Positions 14,201 through 27,049 of a stretch of 64,000 bases of DNA are shown piece after piece; positions within the stretch are counted from its first letter, which is position 1, and every line of letters starts with the position of its first letter. The notes beneath the pieces are model-generated. The model saw only the letters and a list, made by a program, of their open reading frames with translations, was not told the origin of the DNA and made no database searches. The DNA is taken from contig JAYWIR010000015.1 of assembly GCA_036172245.1 (NCBI GenBank), forward strand, positions 4,154,001 through 4,218,000. The letters are read 5' to 3'. The position numbers were made by a program, and so were the translations under genes. The DNA comes from Raillietiella orientalis (taxonomy: Eukaryota).

Positions 14201-16612
14201 TTGAGAATTTCCTTTTGCAGAAATTTGAGCTATTTTAGTGTTTTCATCAAAGCTAGATTAATGTGCTTTCCTCTAATTCGGCACTAAATTAATCTTAGGA
14301 CAATGATAATGAATTTTTAAATGAGTCTTGTAATGAAATAAGTTAATATTATCCGAGTTACTGTCAAGTAGTAATGGTTGATTGACTGTTTAATTATTGT
14401 AGACTGACTCGAGATTTGAATGTTTGCAGTTAGTGTATTTAGCTTCCCTTAAGTACTCCTTATATATAATTTTGCGTATATAACACTTCAAGAAGTTCCT
14501 CTGTTGTTGTCCCCCTTTATCTGTTTGGAAAGCATGCAGGTTTACACTAATCAAAATATACTTATCATTCAAGCATGCAGGTTTAATGTGTGATCATTAG
14601 TAGTTAAATATGAAAAGCACTTGTTTACTGCATAATACTTTTGGATGAATTTTACATGAGTCTCATAAGCTGAGAACACCGTATTAAGAATCAAAACTTA
14701 AAATCGCTTCAAATTGTAAACTGGTATATTTTGGTGATTAATTTATTTTTATTTATAAACTCCATTGAGTTTTCTGTCTTAGACATAGGTGCTACATTGG
14801 AACTTGATAATCCATTGGTTTTATTAAGCATTCTTCAAGGTAATAAGATATTTTGCTTTTATTCTTTGGAAGAATTAATATATGTGTTTCATTGCTCAGA
14901 TGAAACAATGCCACCTTTGAGCTTCATGTTGAATACTAATCTGCTTGTGCATGTAAAAATTGTGCTGTGTAAGTAATGAATAAAAATCCCATAGACTATA
15001 TTGAGAGATGTTAGTGGATTGCTGCATCCACAAAAAGTGTTGGTGTTTTTCAACTGAAGGCATGTGCAGTGAAGGTCAAGAAGAAATTATTATAGCCCTT
15101 GAAGTGCTCACTGATGAACGAGGAATCCCTGTAGATATTTTTTCTCATCTTTCACTGATTTATAAAGAAGCTACACAAGGTGAATATGCTTGCAATGATA
15201 TGTGTGCATAGAACTTTATGATTCTTGTAGGTAATACTGTAAGTCATATGGGTCACAGTTTGATTTCTGGAATATTTTTGAATTCTCGTGAATTCAGTGG
15301 TTTCTTTTTTGTCCGTCCTACATTTCAGTGTCTGGATCGTTTTATACTTCCAAGTACATCGTATTTGTTTGGAATACTTCTGCAAAAATGGGAAATTCCA
15401 TGGGCAAAAATATTTCCGATACGTTTAATGTTAAGATTGGGAGCAGAGTTTCGTTATTACCCGTGCCCCTTGTTAAGTGTACGTGAAAGAAAACCAGTAT
15501 TTGGAGAAATAGGCCATACTATTTTTAATCTCCTTGCGGATTTTCGAAACTATACCTATAAGTTGCCTACAATACCTGGCATGGTGATTCATATGGAAGA
15601 TAAACGTACAACTATTCAGATTCCACGCAATCGTTATGGAATCTTAATGAAAGCTCTTGCAAACAGCAATGATCATGTTTTAGCCTTAGGAGCAAATTTT
15701 AGTTTGGAAGCCGATTCTCACTTAGTATGTATTCAGAATGAGGATGGTAATTATCAGACACAAGCCATCAATATTCAGACACATCCCCGGCAAGGTGATT
15801 TGCAATCTGTTGTACTTCCAAAATTCTCTGTTTAGTTACAGGTGCAAGCTTTGTAGTATTTAATGGAGCTTTGAAATCAAGTGCAGGACTAACAGCAAAA
15901 TCGTCCATTGTGGAAGATGGTTTGATGGTGAAAATTTCAGCAGAGGTTATGTTAGCATTGCGAACTGCAATGCATAAGATGAAGGATTTTGATATTGGAT
16001 GTGGTTCTTCAGCATGCAATACACCAGATGAACTGATCACCATAAAGTGGGTGAAAGATGATCTCCACTACAATATTGGGTGATTATAATACATCAACAA
16101 TTTTAATTAACTTGAGTGTCATTTAGTACTAAAAGTCCTGTTGATGGTAAGTCCTTAGAGGGAATACCTTCAGTGAAAGTTCATCGTGGTACAGATTATG
16201 TGGTTGGAAATAATATAATACGCTGGACAGAAGTATTTGTTTTAAAGGTATCAAAGATAGAAGCATCCTTTATAGTCTTGAAAATATATCCTAGTGTGAT
16301 GAAGATCGTGTTAAAGGAGATACAGTTGAAGTGACTCGGATTGCAGAAAGTTTATCCCGTGCACTTTGTATGGCCCTGAGTTCACACCTATCAATTTTAA
16401 GAGAACTCAAAATGAAGTCGATTGGTTTGAGAGTAACCTTAGACCCTGAAGAAGTCAGTTATGAAGTTGGCAGCAACGGACATTCATTACCTATCGAGTG
16501 TTCTAGTGAACTGGATTTTAAACTCATTCCCATCATTCATCAGGCAACATCAAGTGGAAGCGAGGGTTCCTCCCTCATTCTTGAACTAATTTTTTACATA
16601 TTAGAGAGATAG
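5257..16612 (+). CDS. ZFYVE9: Zinc finger FYVE domain protein, SARA/endofin family (Smad anchor for receptor activation-like)
   Basis: Manual exons with GT-AG and consistent phase: 5257-5314, 5586-5626, 7814-7895, 7983-9248, 11800-11978, 12049-12148, 13648-13833, 13880-14029, 14080-14169, 14783-14839, 14900-14968, 15015-15179, 15231-15794, 15836-16079, 16127-16247, 16295-16612 (small extra exons possible). Motifs: N-terminal [43 protein letters not shown]; Smad-binding PNPNNPLEYCSTISPLQQA; PP1-type KKVMFSDG; C-terminal SARA domain KWEIPWAKIFPIRLMLRLG...VTGASFVVFNGALK. Confidence 0.95.
9816..9855. repeat. perfect inverted repeat (19-bp arms, 2-nt spacer) in a SARA intron
   Basis: GACTGAAAACCTGACATTT-CA-AAATGTCAGGTTTTCAGTC. 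Confidence 0.9.
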
Positions 16613-17069
16613 TTTTAAATTTATGTATAAGGTGTGGTTAATCTTTTTAAAGAAACACTATTTTATTAATATAAACTTGAGATATTGTAGAAACATATGC
16701 ATTATGTATTTAAATAATAAATCCTTGTTTCGCAAAGATTTCGTTTCTATTTTTATTATGCCTCAAAAAGCAGATTGTGGCATGCATATTTTTTGGCAGT
16801 TTAACATGATAACCCTAGTAGATAACGCACTACAAATATGATATCTTATTCCATCACATGCATGTTAACATATAAAACAGAAATGTAAGAGATTTTCAGG
16901 GGTGGATCAAAGGCAGTTGTATAGCTTAACCATACATTTGATTTTCTTAATTGAAAAAGTACTGCTGCAATAAATGTGTCAACTTGAACAACTTCAAATT
17001 ACTTAAACAACTGGAAGTAGTCATGCTCCAGATTCAAAACATTCCGGATGTTTTTTTTTTGGTGCACTA

Positions 17070-17129
17070 AAATTTCTCCCTTGAATTCAGTTTAAATTTT
17101 AGTAAACAAAGAATTCAAGGGAGAAATTT
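17070..17129. repeat. inverted repeat / 60-nt hairpin with a 19-bp perfect stem
   Basis: AAATTTCTCCCTTGAATTC (17070-17088) pairs with GAATTCAAGGGAGAAATTT (17111-17129). The 22-nt loop holds an extra GTTTA/TAAAC pairing. Confidence 0.85.
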
Positions 17130-19402
17130 AGGGATAATCATTTACTCTTTAAATTCATAGCATGAGGTTTTATTCGTCTTACTTAACAAAAATAATAACA
17201 AAAAAAAAAAAAAAGTTTAAGGTACAATTCTCTTGATTTTTGTTGACCCTGTATGGAATTTCATACGTTTAACATTGTTATTTTTGGAAAAAACACCTTG
17301 TTCACATGCATGCAAATAAAAAAACGATTTCAAAAAGCAATTTCAACGATTTCAAACTTTATCAAGCATCCAAAGAAACTAGTCTTATTCCGAAACTAAC
17401 CAAAGTCTTAGAAAATTTAATGATCATTATTCATGGTAGCACCATGCATTTCACATCAGCATTTCAGTTTTAAGCCTCTATTTCTTCAGAATCATAGGTC
17501 TGCTTTGGAGGATTTGTTTTCAATTCTTCACTTACCTTTAGTCTTGTTTTCATCCCTTGATGATGATCACACAAAGCTTTCAGAAGTTCAGCAAACATAC
17601 CCGAAGTTTTGTCTTGATATCTTACTAAATTTTAAATGGCTTCCCTCTAATTTATATCATCTTTTTCATTTTCAAACGGACCAAGTACATTTACTGTGAT
17701 CAGAATTAACAAATGGAAAATATAAATGAGGCAACTTGGCTATTTCGCAATTTTTTTTTTATTTACGAGTTCTATTAACCTACTTGAACAAGTACTTCAA
17801 GTAGTTGTTGAGCTGCAACAAAACTGTCATTACCCATTTTAGTGCACATTATTATATCATGCATATTGACTTTTCATTTCAGCTGAGATGTGATAAAACC
17901 CTTTGGTGTGTTATATTGTGGTTTGATTTCCAGCTTATTTCATGCTAACAGATGCAGCAGAATGGAAAAGATATTACTTTGCAGTATGTCCCTTGTACCA
18001 TGTTTTGATCCAACCAGATTTGTATTAAACTGTAAATTAAACCTTCACCTGTTGATAACATGCACATGAAATTATACTTTCATTGGTCACAAAGATCTTG
18101 GAAGAACAATGCAGAAACTACAAATTAAATGAATGCTTTCATCACTTCAGGCAAGCAGCTTCAAATTCTACTCATTCAGGGAGCTTTTGGTGTACGAGGG
18201 CATGCTCTCAATTCACGCAATCCTTAATGTTTCCATCTGATGTTAAAGTAGAATATGAAACTATTCAGCAAGGTTTAACAAATAATCACAGAATTTTGGT
18301 TCTCCATTTACATAGGATGCTCAACAAATCAGACTTTATTTAATCCTCTTCTAAACTGAGAAAAAGAACAAGATCAATTCCACCTGGACAACCAATCAGT
18401 TAAATTTAAGAACCACTATTTTTTATTTCAAATTTTCCACTAATACAATTGAAACCAATTACCATGTAATCCAAAAATTACAAGTAACAAAAGAGTGCAA
18501 GTGAGAAGAAAAATGCTTTTGTACAATGTATTAATATATGTATTTGTTTGAACACCTTTAGAGCTATCCACAATACATATGTTGCAACAACTGTTCTATA
18601 TTGATTAAGTAGTAATAATTAAGCATTGATCAATCATACTGATGATTACTTTGTATTTCTTTAAATGTACTTGAACTTGACATCTTCTAGCTTTGGAAAT
18701 TCTTACTTTAAAATTCTTTTGTGCATTTATTGCTAAGGTAAAGAATTGAAATTTGAAACACAACCCTTCATGCTCATAGCACTCCTGCTCAGCCATAGGA
18801 TTTTTCCATGATTAAAGGTAAAAAAGTTTTGTTCCTCCTTAGAGAGAGAGGGAAAAATAAAAACATTCACAAACACACATCCTTTTTCTGAATTTCGGAA
18901 TATTCCTTATTTTGCACACAAAAAAATAAATATACCATTTTCTCACGAAAATACTCATTAGTACCTAGCTACCCACAAAACTGCATGTGCTAAAAATTCA
19001 AAATGCACATTGCAGTTAGATATTCAATCAATGAACAGATGTACACGAAACAACTGTCTTCATAAAAACAGAAATCAATAATGTCAAACAAACTTCACTT
19101 GAATTTTACAAAATCTGATATTTAAACATAAGCATTTACATTTTGTTGCACAATAAGTCACTAACTGTATCATTTATTGTTTTTCTGCAGGATGTTTCTT
19201 GAAACATTTTTGTAATGGGCAGTTTTTGCATCATGCAATCAGTATGCCAATGCTTATGAATTTCTCATCCATAATTTACTATGAACTTATTCTTTATTTC
19301 ATAAAAGCACAATTCTGTTTGGACCTTTGCAAGCTATTTTACAATACTTTCAAATGCATTACTTTTAGTTTTTGAAAAGATTTATGGTTGTTCTAGAAAT
19401 GA

Positions 19403-21296
19403 CTAGAAAAATTTTGTGTTCACAAAATGAGACCGTAAAAACTGACATTCTTCAATCATTTCTTTCAACTCTCTTTCACCAGTATCTGTTTTATCATGAG
19501 TCTGAAGCATTTGGTAAATTTTATCACCCACATTATTTTCACTAAGACGAGGAATCACATGTACATGAACATGCTATACATAAAACTGAAAATGAATCAG
19601 ATTGAACTAATTTTTCACAACCTTAATGGATTGGCCAGCTTCAGGTCCATCTTGCACAGCAATTGTTGAGGACTGTGCTCCATGAATTTCTTCCATAACT
19701 CTTTCAACAAGAAGTACTAAGCAAAACAAGTCGCTAACTTCAACTGATGTGAGATTATGCAATCTTAAAGCTGATCGACGGCAAGCAACTAAAACATCTG
19801 TCTCCAGTAATCAAGCAAATAACTAAAAAATCAAATGGATGCAAAGGATACGTCCAGGAAGAATGCATTTTTTGTTCACAAAAGCCATGCTGTGTTGTGT
19901 TAAACAAAATATTACTTCTCCTTTCAAGACCACTTGGCCAAATTGAAATGTTTCATTATCATCAGGAAACGGTAAGCATGTGCCTATAGCAAGTGCCCTT
20001 AAATACAGGGGTTGATGGCGATGGGAATTAATTGGAAATTCAGAACGAATCTTCCTGAGATATGGAAGATTAATTTCTGCAATAGCTAAACCTATTTCTT
20101 GTTCACAGTTTGCAACAACTGTACCCCATGGATCAATTATCTGAAAGATTTAAATTATTTACTTGTTTTGTGAACTAGTATTACCATGGCATGGCCATAA
20201 GATGAGCGTTTTGCATTATGTCTACCCACTTGAGCAGGTGCTACCACATAGCATTGTGTCTCTATTGCTCGAGCACGAAGAAGAACTTCCCAGTGAGCCA
20301 ATCCTTTATTTACACTCCATTTTCAAGCATAAGTTTAATTCCCTGTTACCTGTTTTGTAAGTGAAGGCTGACGGAAAACTAAGTATCTCAGCACCCATAT
20401 GGCATAATGCTAAGGAGAACTCTGGAAATCGCAAATCATAACACTAATAATTTGTTATTGTGAAATTATTGAAAAAATTATTACAATGCCTAATCCTAAT
20501 GTTCCAACAGGTGTTGATACTGGGAGAGCAATGCTTTGACCAGGATTAATTGTATCAGATTCCATCATATGGATTTCATTTTCATGTGAGTGAACATCAA
20601 AAAGATGTATTTTTCTATAAATTGAAACAATTCTTCCTTCATCATTAATTACTACATGAGTGTTTTGTAACTTGTTTTTGCAACTTTCATCCTTAAAAAC
20701 ATAAAAAAAGGTAATTAATTTCTGATATTAGCGATGAATAATACACACTATATTGTTGTACAAGAGTTTTGGAAATTAAAAATACCATATTAGATGCCAC
20801 ATCTTCACATTCATGAAAACCACCCAAGCTTATCCATATTTTTAGACTTTTTGCCAGATTCTTGTAATCATTTAATAGGTTTCCTAATAAAGGTTCTGCC
20901 AATTTGAAGGATTGTTCTTTACTGTCTGCAATATAATCAAAGCCTTCAGGTAGAAATATGATCTGGAAAGGTCCAATTAATCTGAATCTAAAGGGGCCAC
21001 TAGATTCACATTTATCATGCTCAGTATGATAATCAGTAAAACCATGTAATGAACTTATGCGAAAAACCCACCTGACAGTCTTGATTTTTGGCTTCATTTA
21101 TTAACTTGATGGCTATTTTCAAATTTTCATTTTTGTCGTCACCGCAACACATCTGTGCCACGGCCACAAGCTTCGTTTCTTGTGCAGTCGTCACATGCGA
21201 ATTCATAATGTTTTTACACAATGGACTATAAAATACGGATTTTCTCTTTAAAATTCCCAATGCTTTTGCACGTGAGAACGTGTTCTTACACAGCAT
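19403..21296 (-). CDS. NitFhit: NitFhit: nitrilase (Nit1-type deaminated-glutathione amidase) fused to Fhit (diadenosine triphosphate hydrolase)
   Basis: 8 exons: 21296-21072, 20962-20786, 20691-20485, 20443-20350, 20303-20185, 20140-19852, 19797-19622, 19573-19403. Nitrilase triad motifs [16 protein letters not shown] and [10 protein letters not shown], plus [20 protein letters not shown] and GHAMIIDPWG. Fhit part [28 protein letters not shown] (HIT motif). An alternative ATG lies at 21206. Confidence 0.96.
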
Positions 21297-23899
21297 CTGC
21301 AAACACAGCGCGCGTCAAACATCGCAGTGGTTTGTCGTTACGTTACACGAGTCAACGAATTTTCGGAAAACCAGAAAAACAAGGAAAGGATACAAAACTC
21401 GGCAATGAAAAAAAACATTTACTCTAGCTTCGGTGCCAACATATGTTCTTCGAAGCAAACAAGTGAAGAAATGGGCTAACGTGGAAAACATGCAACAGGA
21501 ATTAACTAATAAAGCACGTTCTATAAATCACAGTATTATAACTATTTTGAAATAAGGTTGCAAATGTGAACATCACGATCCCACGGACTACATGTTGGAT
21601 CGAGTATTACAAATAAACGTTCATAAAAAAAAGTGCCTTACCAATATTACGAAGGCATATGACAGGATTGCTGCTGCAACATCGTTCCGGCAATTACAGG
21701 ACTCCGACACGATTCCCAGGAGAAATAATTAATCATTAGAGGTATGATGTAACTGGTGGAGAGTTAAATCTTCTGAGTTGTTGTTTTTTGACGCTCCATA
21801 ATTCATTAAACTCATATTGTGAGTTACCATCACTGGTTAACCATTCTAGAGTTTGGACTGACGTCTTATAAATGGTTCATGTTATTAGGAATTATACTTG
21901 GAGAATCCTTTCTTCACGTCAGTATCGTTGACTCAACGTGCTGTAACAGCAATCATAACGATTTCGTTCCGATAAGAATTCACAGATATGCTTGAGATAA
22001 TGTTTTAGTATACCTGGAGATGAGAGAAAAATACGAGGAAAGCTCCAGAAGATTCTCTGCCAATGTGAGCATATGATCTCGAAGAAATATCTGAATCTGA
22101 AATAGCTGTATCTCTTCATGCCCCAAACAAGGAATGTAGGAAAAGGGATGCAAGGTCATTTGCTAATGATAATAATAATCTTCGTCCTGAATCCATATAC
22201 TACCCAATATTGTGATTTGTAAAAAAAAAACACCTCATTTTATCTTTGTTTTCAATGCTGCGCCTTGTTGAGTAAAAGTTCTGTTGATATGATTCTTGCT
22301 TCTTTTTAGATATTAATCGCTTCATGTACAGAAAGACGAAAGTGCTTTAAGCAGATTTCGTTGTTTTCGTTGTACCATCAACACGATACTAAATTGCTTA
22401 ACTACCTCCGGAGAACTACTTTGACTGCGTGTTGATCAAGATCCAATTTCTTTACTGTGTTTCTTTAATGAGACTGCAAAACCATGGAATAATGATAAGC
22501 AAACTGCTGATGAATTTGCTAATGAATTAAAATCTATGGAAACTTATCTTCCAAAAATTTACTACTTTGCTTTAGGTTACATAAAACACATAAAAAAGCC
22601 ATCTTGTGACTAAATACTGAGTGTTCTAGTAAGTAAGCAGTTCTTCAATGCCCTCGAAAGTCACTAAAATATTTGCAGAAGAATCGAAAAAGTATAAACA
22701 CAACGTTAACTAGGAATCGTGTCTCTATTAAAACTTAATTTCACAATGCAGTTTGAATTGTTTTTTGAAGAGCAATAAAGTTAATTTTCTTGTTTTTAAC
22801 AAACAATTTGTCACCATCAAAATCTCGTCTCTAGTTACAATTACTTTTTAGGAACCTCATAATTCCAATGACCTTTAAGTGAAATTTCTTTTCCTATTAC
22901 TATCTGATGAAAAACAAAGAAACTAAATTAGTCTGAAGATCAACGTTTCAGTTTTCGGAATTTAATCTAGGAGGATGGTTTTCTATTAGTGGGAGCTTTG
23001 AAGATTTGTAATCATGATACAAGTTTCCAAGGAAAACTATGCCGGAAATTGTAACGTAGGGTAAATCATTTCACTTATGTCGGAAATTGGAGCTCTGAAC
23101 TCAGAGTATGTTCAGCATAAACAATGTATATGACATAGGTAATCCAGGTAATCCGGATGACTTACCTTACATTACAGATTATGAGTCGTATCTGCCCATA
23201 GAACAGTCTAATTATGAAAGAAATTTGTTTTTCTGTTCACCCCCAGTTAAAACCACAGCCAGAGGATTGCTTAGTAGTGTTAATTGAGCGAGGGCTGCAG
23301 AGCACATAGGTGGATTTCATGTCAGTTTTTCGGAATGAAATAAAAGGTTCGGGCAGAATCTCGCACAAGTTTGTTGTGGTACCCTCAAGGCAATTGCCTG
23401 AACTAGCTGCTTTGCAGACCACAGAAGTATATGGAATTTCTGATCAGATGAACTGTGGTAGGAAAAAATTCCTTACCGCACAGAACTCTCGGAAGATATA
23501 ATGCTTCTTCTTTTCCTCAGCTGATTCCTTAAACAAAGGAAAAGAAACCCAAGACATGGGGAGATACATAAGGCCACCTAAGAGGGATTTGTTCAGAAGT
23601 AGAAACTGCGTTGTTTATAGTCTTGGGTCTTATCCCATCCGTCGTATTCTTTCCATGAATTTTCCTTGCTATGTAGTGCTGAAAGGATTGCCGATTTTCT
23701 TCTTATTTCAAGCTGACGCGCGCCTGCATTCTCGATTTCCTACTCCATCATTCAAATGTCTTTGGCTTTGACTGTTTCCTTCTCTTGAATATGAACCCAC
23801 CACGGGAGTAAGGAGTAGGAAATACCATAAAAACACAATGCATTAATCACTTCTTCCAAACTGTCACCAAAAGACAGGAATACGCTCATAAAGTCGGTG

Positions 23900-24330
23900 T
23901 AATTTTCGTGAACGCATGGAACATCGTCTGCAGTGATAGCAGTATATTCTTTGAATCATTGCTTTCAATTCGGCTAACTTTGATGTCAGCTTGAAAAAGA
24001 GCCAAGTCTTCTCGACGCAGATCAGGAGAATATGGGTGCTTGAGCTCCACAACCCGATTTTTGGGTGGGAAGGCCTTTTATTTCTATGCTCATTGCTCAT
24101 CAAAGCAATCATCGAAACCATGCCAATCGCATTCTTCGATTCCGAAGGAATAATTCCGTGAGGAAGTCATCCCAGAGGTTCGGGAAGTCGATGGCTTGTG
24201 ATGCCTAAGGATGTGCAGACACGGCTGTTGACAAAAATCAAGAGCTCGAAGCGGGGGGAGGGTGAAACTTAGCACATTAGTGGATTCTGCGTGGCAGTTA
24301 GTGGATTTTGCATTTGGCTGCCCGAACAGT
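23900..24330 (+). mobile_element. degenerate mariner transposase fragment
   Basis: Frameshifted translation ETMPIAFFDSEGII..EVIPEVREVDG..KDVQTRLLTKIKSSKR resembles the mariner DDD core (KTMLIVFFDxxGIIHxEFVPxGxTV). No TIRs found; boundaries approximate. Confidence 0.55.
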
Positions 24331-25439
24331 GGGGAATGTAAATATTTTCGCTCTACGTTTTGCATTCTGGCACCTTCTTTGATGGAATCTACCTACCATC
24401 TTCTACTGAAATAGCGTTATTCATGCTATTCTGGGAGTTGATGAAAAACGAGATTTATACATATGTATGAAAGTATACTTGTGAACATAAATGCATAGCA
24501 TTCAACTATCGGATATGAGATAGGATCCATTCACCTACATATATCATATCTCCATAGTAGGAAAACAGCTACTGTTCTTTCAGTTCGATACATTGCTGCA
24601 GTCGTTTGTAATCTGCATATCAGAGTCTGTTCCCTTAGCCACAAGTTAGATTCGTTTCAAAATGCCCCCCAAAATAAAGTCTCACCTACTTTGCGATCCC
24701 AGATGGCACGAAGTCTTAGGAATATTTTATGAGATCATCTGTATTCTTATTCTATTCGATCTAGATTCATCTATTACGAACATGGGTTTTTTGGTACTTT
24801 TACACTAGCCTTGAATTCTTGAATAAGATTCAGAACGTAATCAAAGCACTTCAACTGAAGACAAAACCGTCATTCATATACACGGTTGCTAATACATCAG
24901 TGCTCTGGCCGTGTGAGGTGTCCTATGATTTATTTTTTATGTGCTTACATGCAACTAATGACTGTAGGACTGTCATACCTTTTTCATATTTATGATGATG
25001 AAATCTGTGTGTGTTTTGATTATGCGTTGTAAGAGACAACGGCTGGTCAAATGTCAGAAGTTAGGTTATGCAATAACTAAATTCACTATAAGTAGCAGTG
25101 GCTGTAGAGTTACTGTATACATATACCTGAATATCGAACTTGATCAATACAGAATGTATTCCTTGTGCATTTTGCACTTACCTAAAATGTGTGTATACAA
25201 AACGCAGGCAGACCACGATTAGTGGGAATTCGAATTAGGGCCATCTATTTTTTTTGGTTCTAAATGAAGCCGGATCGTGTTTAATCCAAAGCAAAATTCA
25301 GTTAATGAGAGTTAATGCATACACAGTTAAGGCGGCTAGGTGTCCGTTGGAGCTCTGGACCTCAATCCTGAACTTATCCTCACATAAGCATGTACTTCTT
25401 CAGCCTGCCCTGAGCAAAAATTTGAGCCTGAGGGAAAAA

Positions 25440-25810
25440 CTGTTATAGAAGAATAAATATCGGATGAGCACTAGGAATCCATGAATGAGAGAATGAAGAT
25501 ATCCGGGAACCGCCCGATTCGCATCCGGAAGCGTTGACTGATGATGATGATACGCTTTTAGATCAACGAGCGTTTGAAGAAGCCGAAAATAAAGCCAAGG
25601 GATGTGCAAGTGACTCACTTCACTCTCAAGGACTTTGAAGATATCTTTCGGACTGTGGAAGCTGCGAAGCAAGAAATGAGGGGTGCGGATCCTCAAGGCA
25701 TGCAAATTCGCCGATGCATCGGTAAGGCGTTCTGCGCCCACAGACATCGGTGGGAAGATTTGAAGAGAAACCGGACGGCGTCCGCTGCTAACATATATTT
25801 CGGAAAGTAG
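25440..25810 (+). mobile_element. Tigger/pogo (CENP-B-like) transposase C-terminal remnant
   Basis: EDIREPPDSHPEALTDDDDTLLDQRAFEEAE then (frameshift) FTLKDFEDIFRTVEAAKQEMRGADPQGMQIRRCIGKAF...YFGK*, matching the acidic C-terminus of Tigger-type transposases. Confidence 0.7.
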
Positions 25811-26689
25811 CAAAGATACCTTCGTGGATCATGTTGGATTTTTTCTTTGCTTTCATTTTGCTCTCTGTAACCGCTCTGGGGCTTTGCTAACGCTAAATTT
25901 AGATTCTCAGCAGATTCTTCTTATTTCTTTTTTTTTTTTTTTTATTACGATATTTCGTTAACAAGCATGCAAAATCTCTAGAATTTTCACTTGTTCCGGA
26001 TTGCTATTAAGCCTGGAGCAATGACATATTTTACATGTAGTTACACGTTCCAATAGTGCGAACTCCAATAATGAGACTGTTCATCTAACAGGTCATTCGC
26101 ACTGTCTGCACGCGAGTCAAGTCTGCTGCTTTCAAACGGCCCCCTGAAGCCATCGTGCAGTTGAAGCACGCCTATTGTGAGGTATCTGCTTGCTTGCCTA
26201 CCACGTATTTCAGGTCGTAAAAACTCACTCCATGCATATTCAATCCTTGCCATTTTCTGATCCTGACTACAACTGCCGCCGTCGCTTGTGTTGGCATTCG
26301 ATTTCTAGAGAGCCCAAGAATCAAACGATCATCCAATTACTACGATCGTTTCCTCTGACCTAGAAGTTTGAATCGAAGCAGACTGTGAGTCCGTAGATTA
26401 AATAACCAATGCCTTCATGGATTTTTACAGGTTTCGAAAATGAATAATGTCTTGTCTTAACAACATAAGACTGAGAGCTCTGTCAGCAGCATAATAAGAA
26501 TACACACACATGTTGGGGAACATCTGTAAAAGGAAATAAAAATGAATGCTAACTGAAGATTGTTACATCTGAACAGAAGCGAAGACTTTTTTTCTTTTTG
26601 ACACATAACTTGTGTGTTTGCTATTTAAGAGGTTTCAGTTTTTAATTGAAAGAATTCAGGACTTGGCAAGAAAGATAAAAAGATTTGGA

Positions 26690-26985
26690 GGAAATCTCCT
26701 CCTTATTCTCTCCGAAGGACCCCCGGGGGGATCCGTTCCATTCTTCCTTCTCTGAAGGGAACCCTGAAAGGATCCGATCCTGGAATTTCTCCTCTGATGG
26801 ATTCCCCGCAAGGGGTCCGATCCTCTGAAGAGAACCCAGAAGGTGACGCTTCCGAAATTCAGAAGGGTGCAGCTTCCCCGAAGGGATCGGCTCGCTTCTC
26901 TGCACTCTCTGGAGAGGTGGTGGCGACACACCTACTCCATCAGTACAACGCAGAGCGTCCCCCCGGAATAGGGGGTCCATGAGCA
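26690..26985 (-). mobile_element. internal fragment of the tRNA-headed SINE-like family
   Basis: Reverse complement aligns with ~1050-1335 (e.g. CCTCTGAAGAGAACCC.AAGG.GACGCTTCCGAAA). Confidence 0.7.
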
Positions 26986-27049
26986 GCAATTTGTCTGCGG
27001 ACATAAAGCAGCCACTAAATAATAATAATGAAACAGTGGAAATGTCTTC

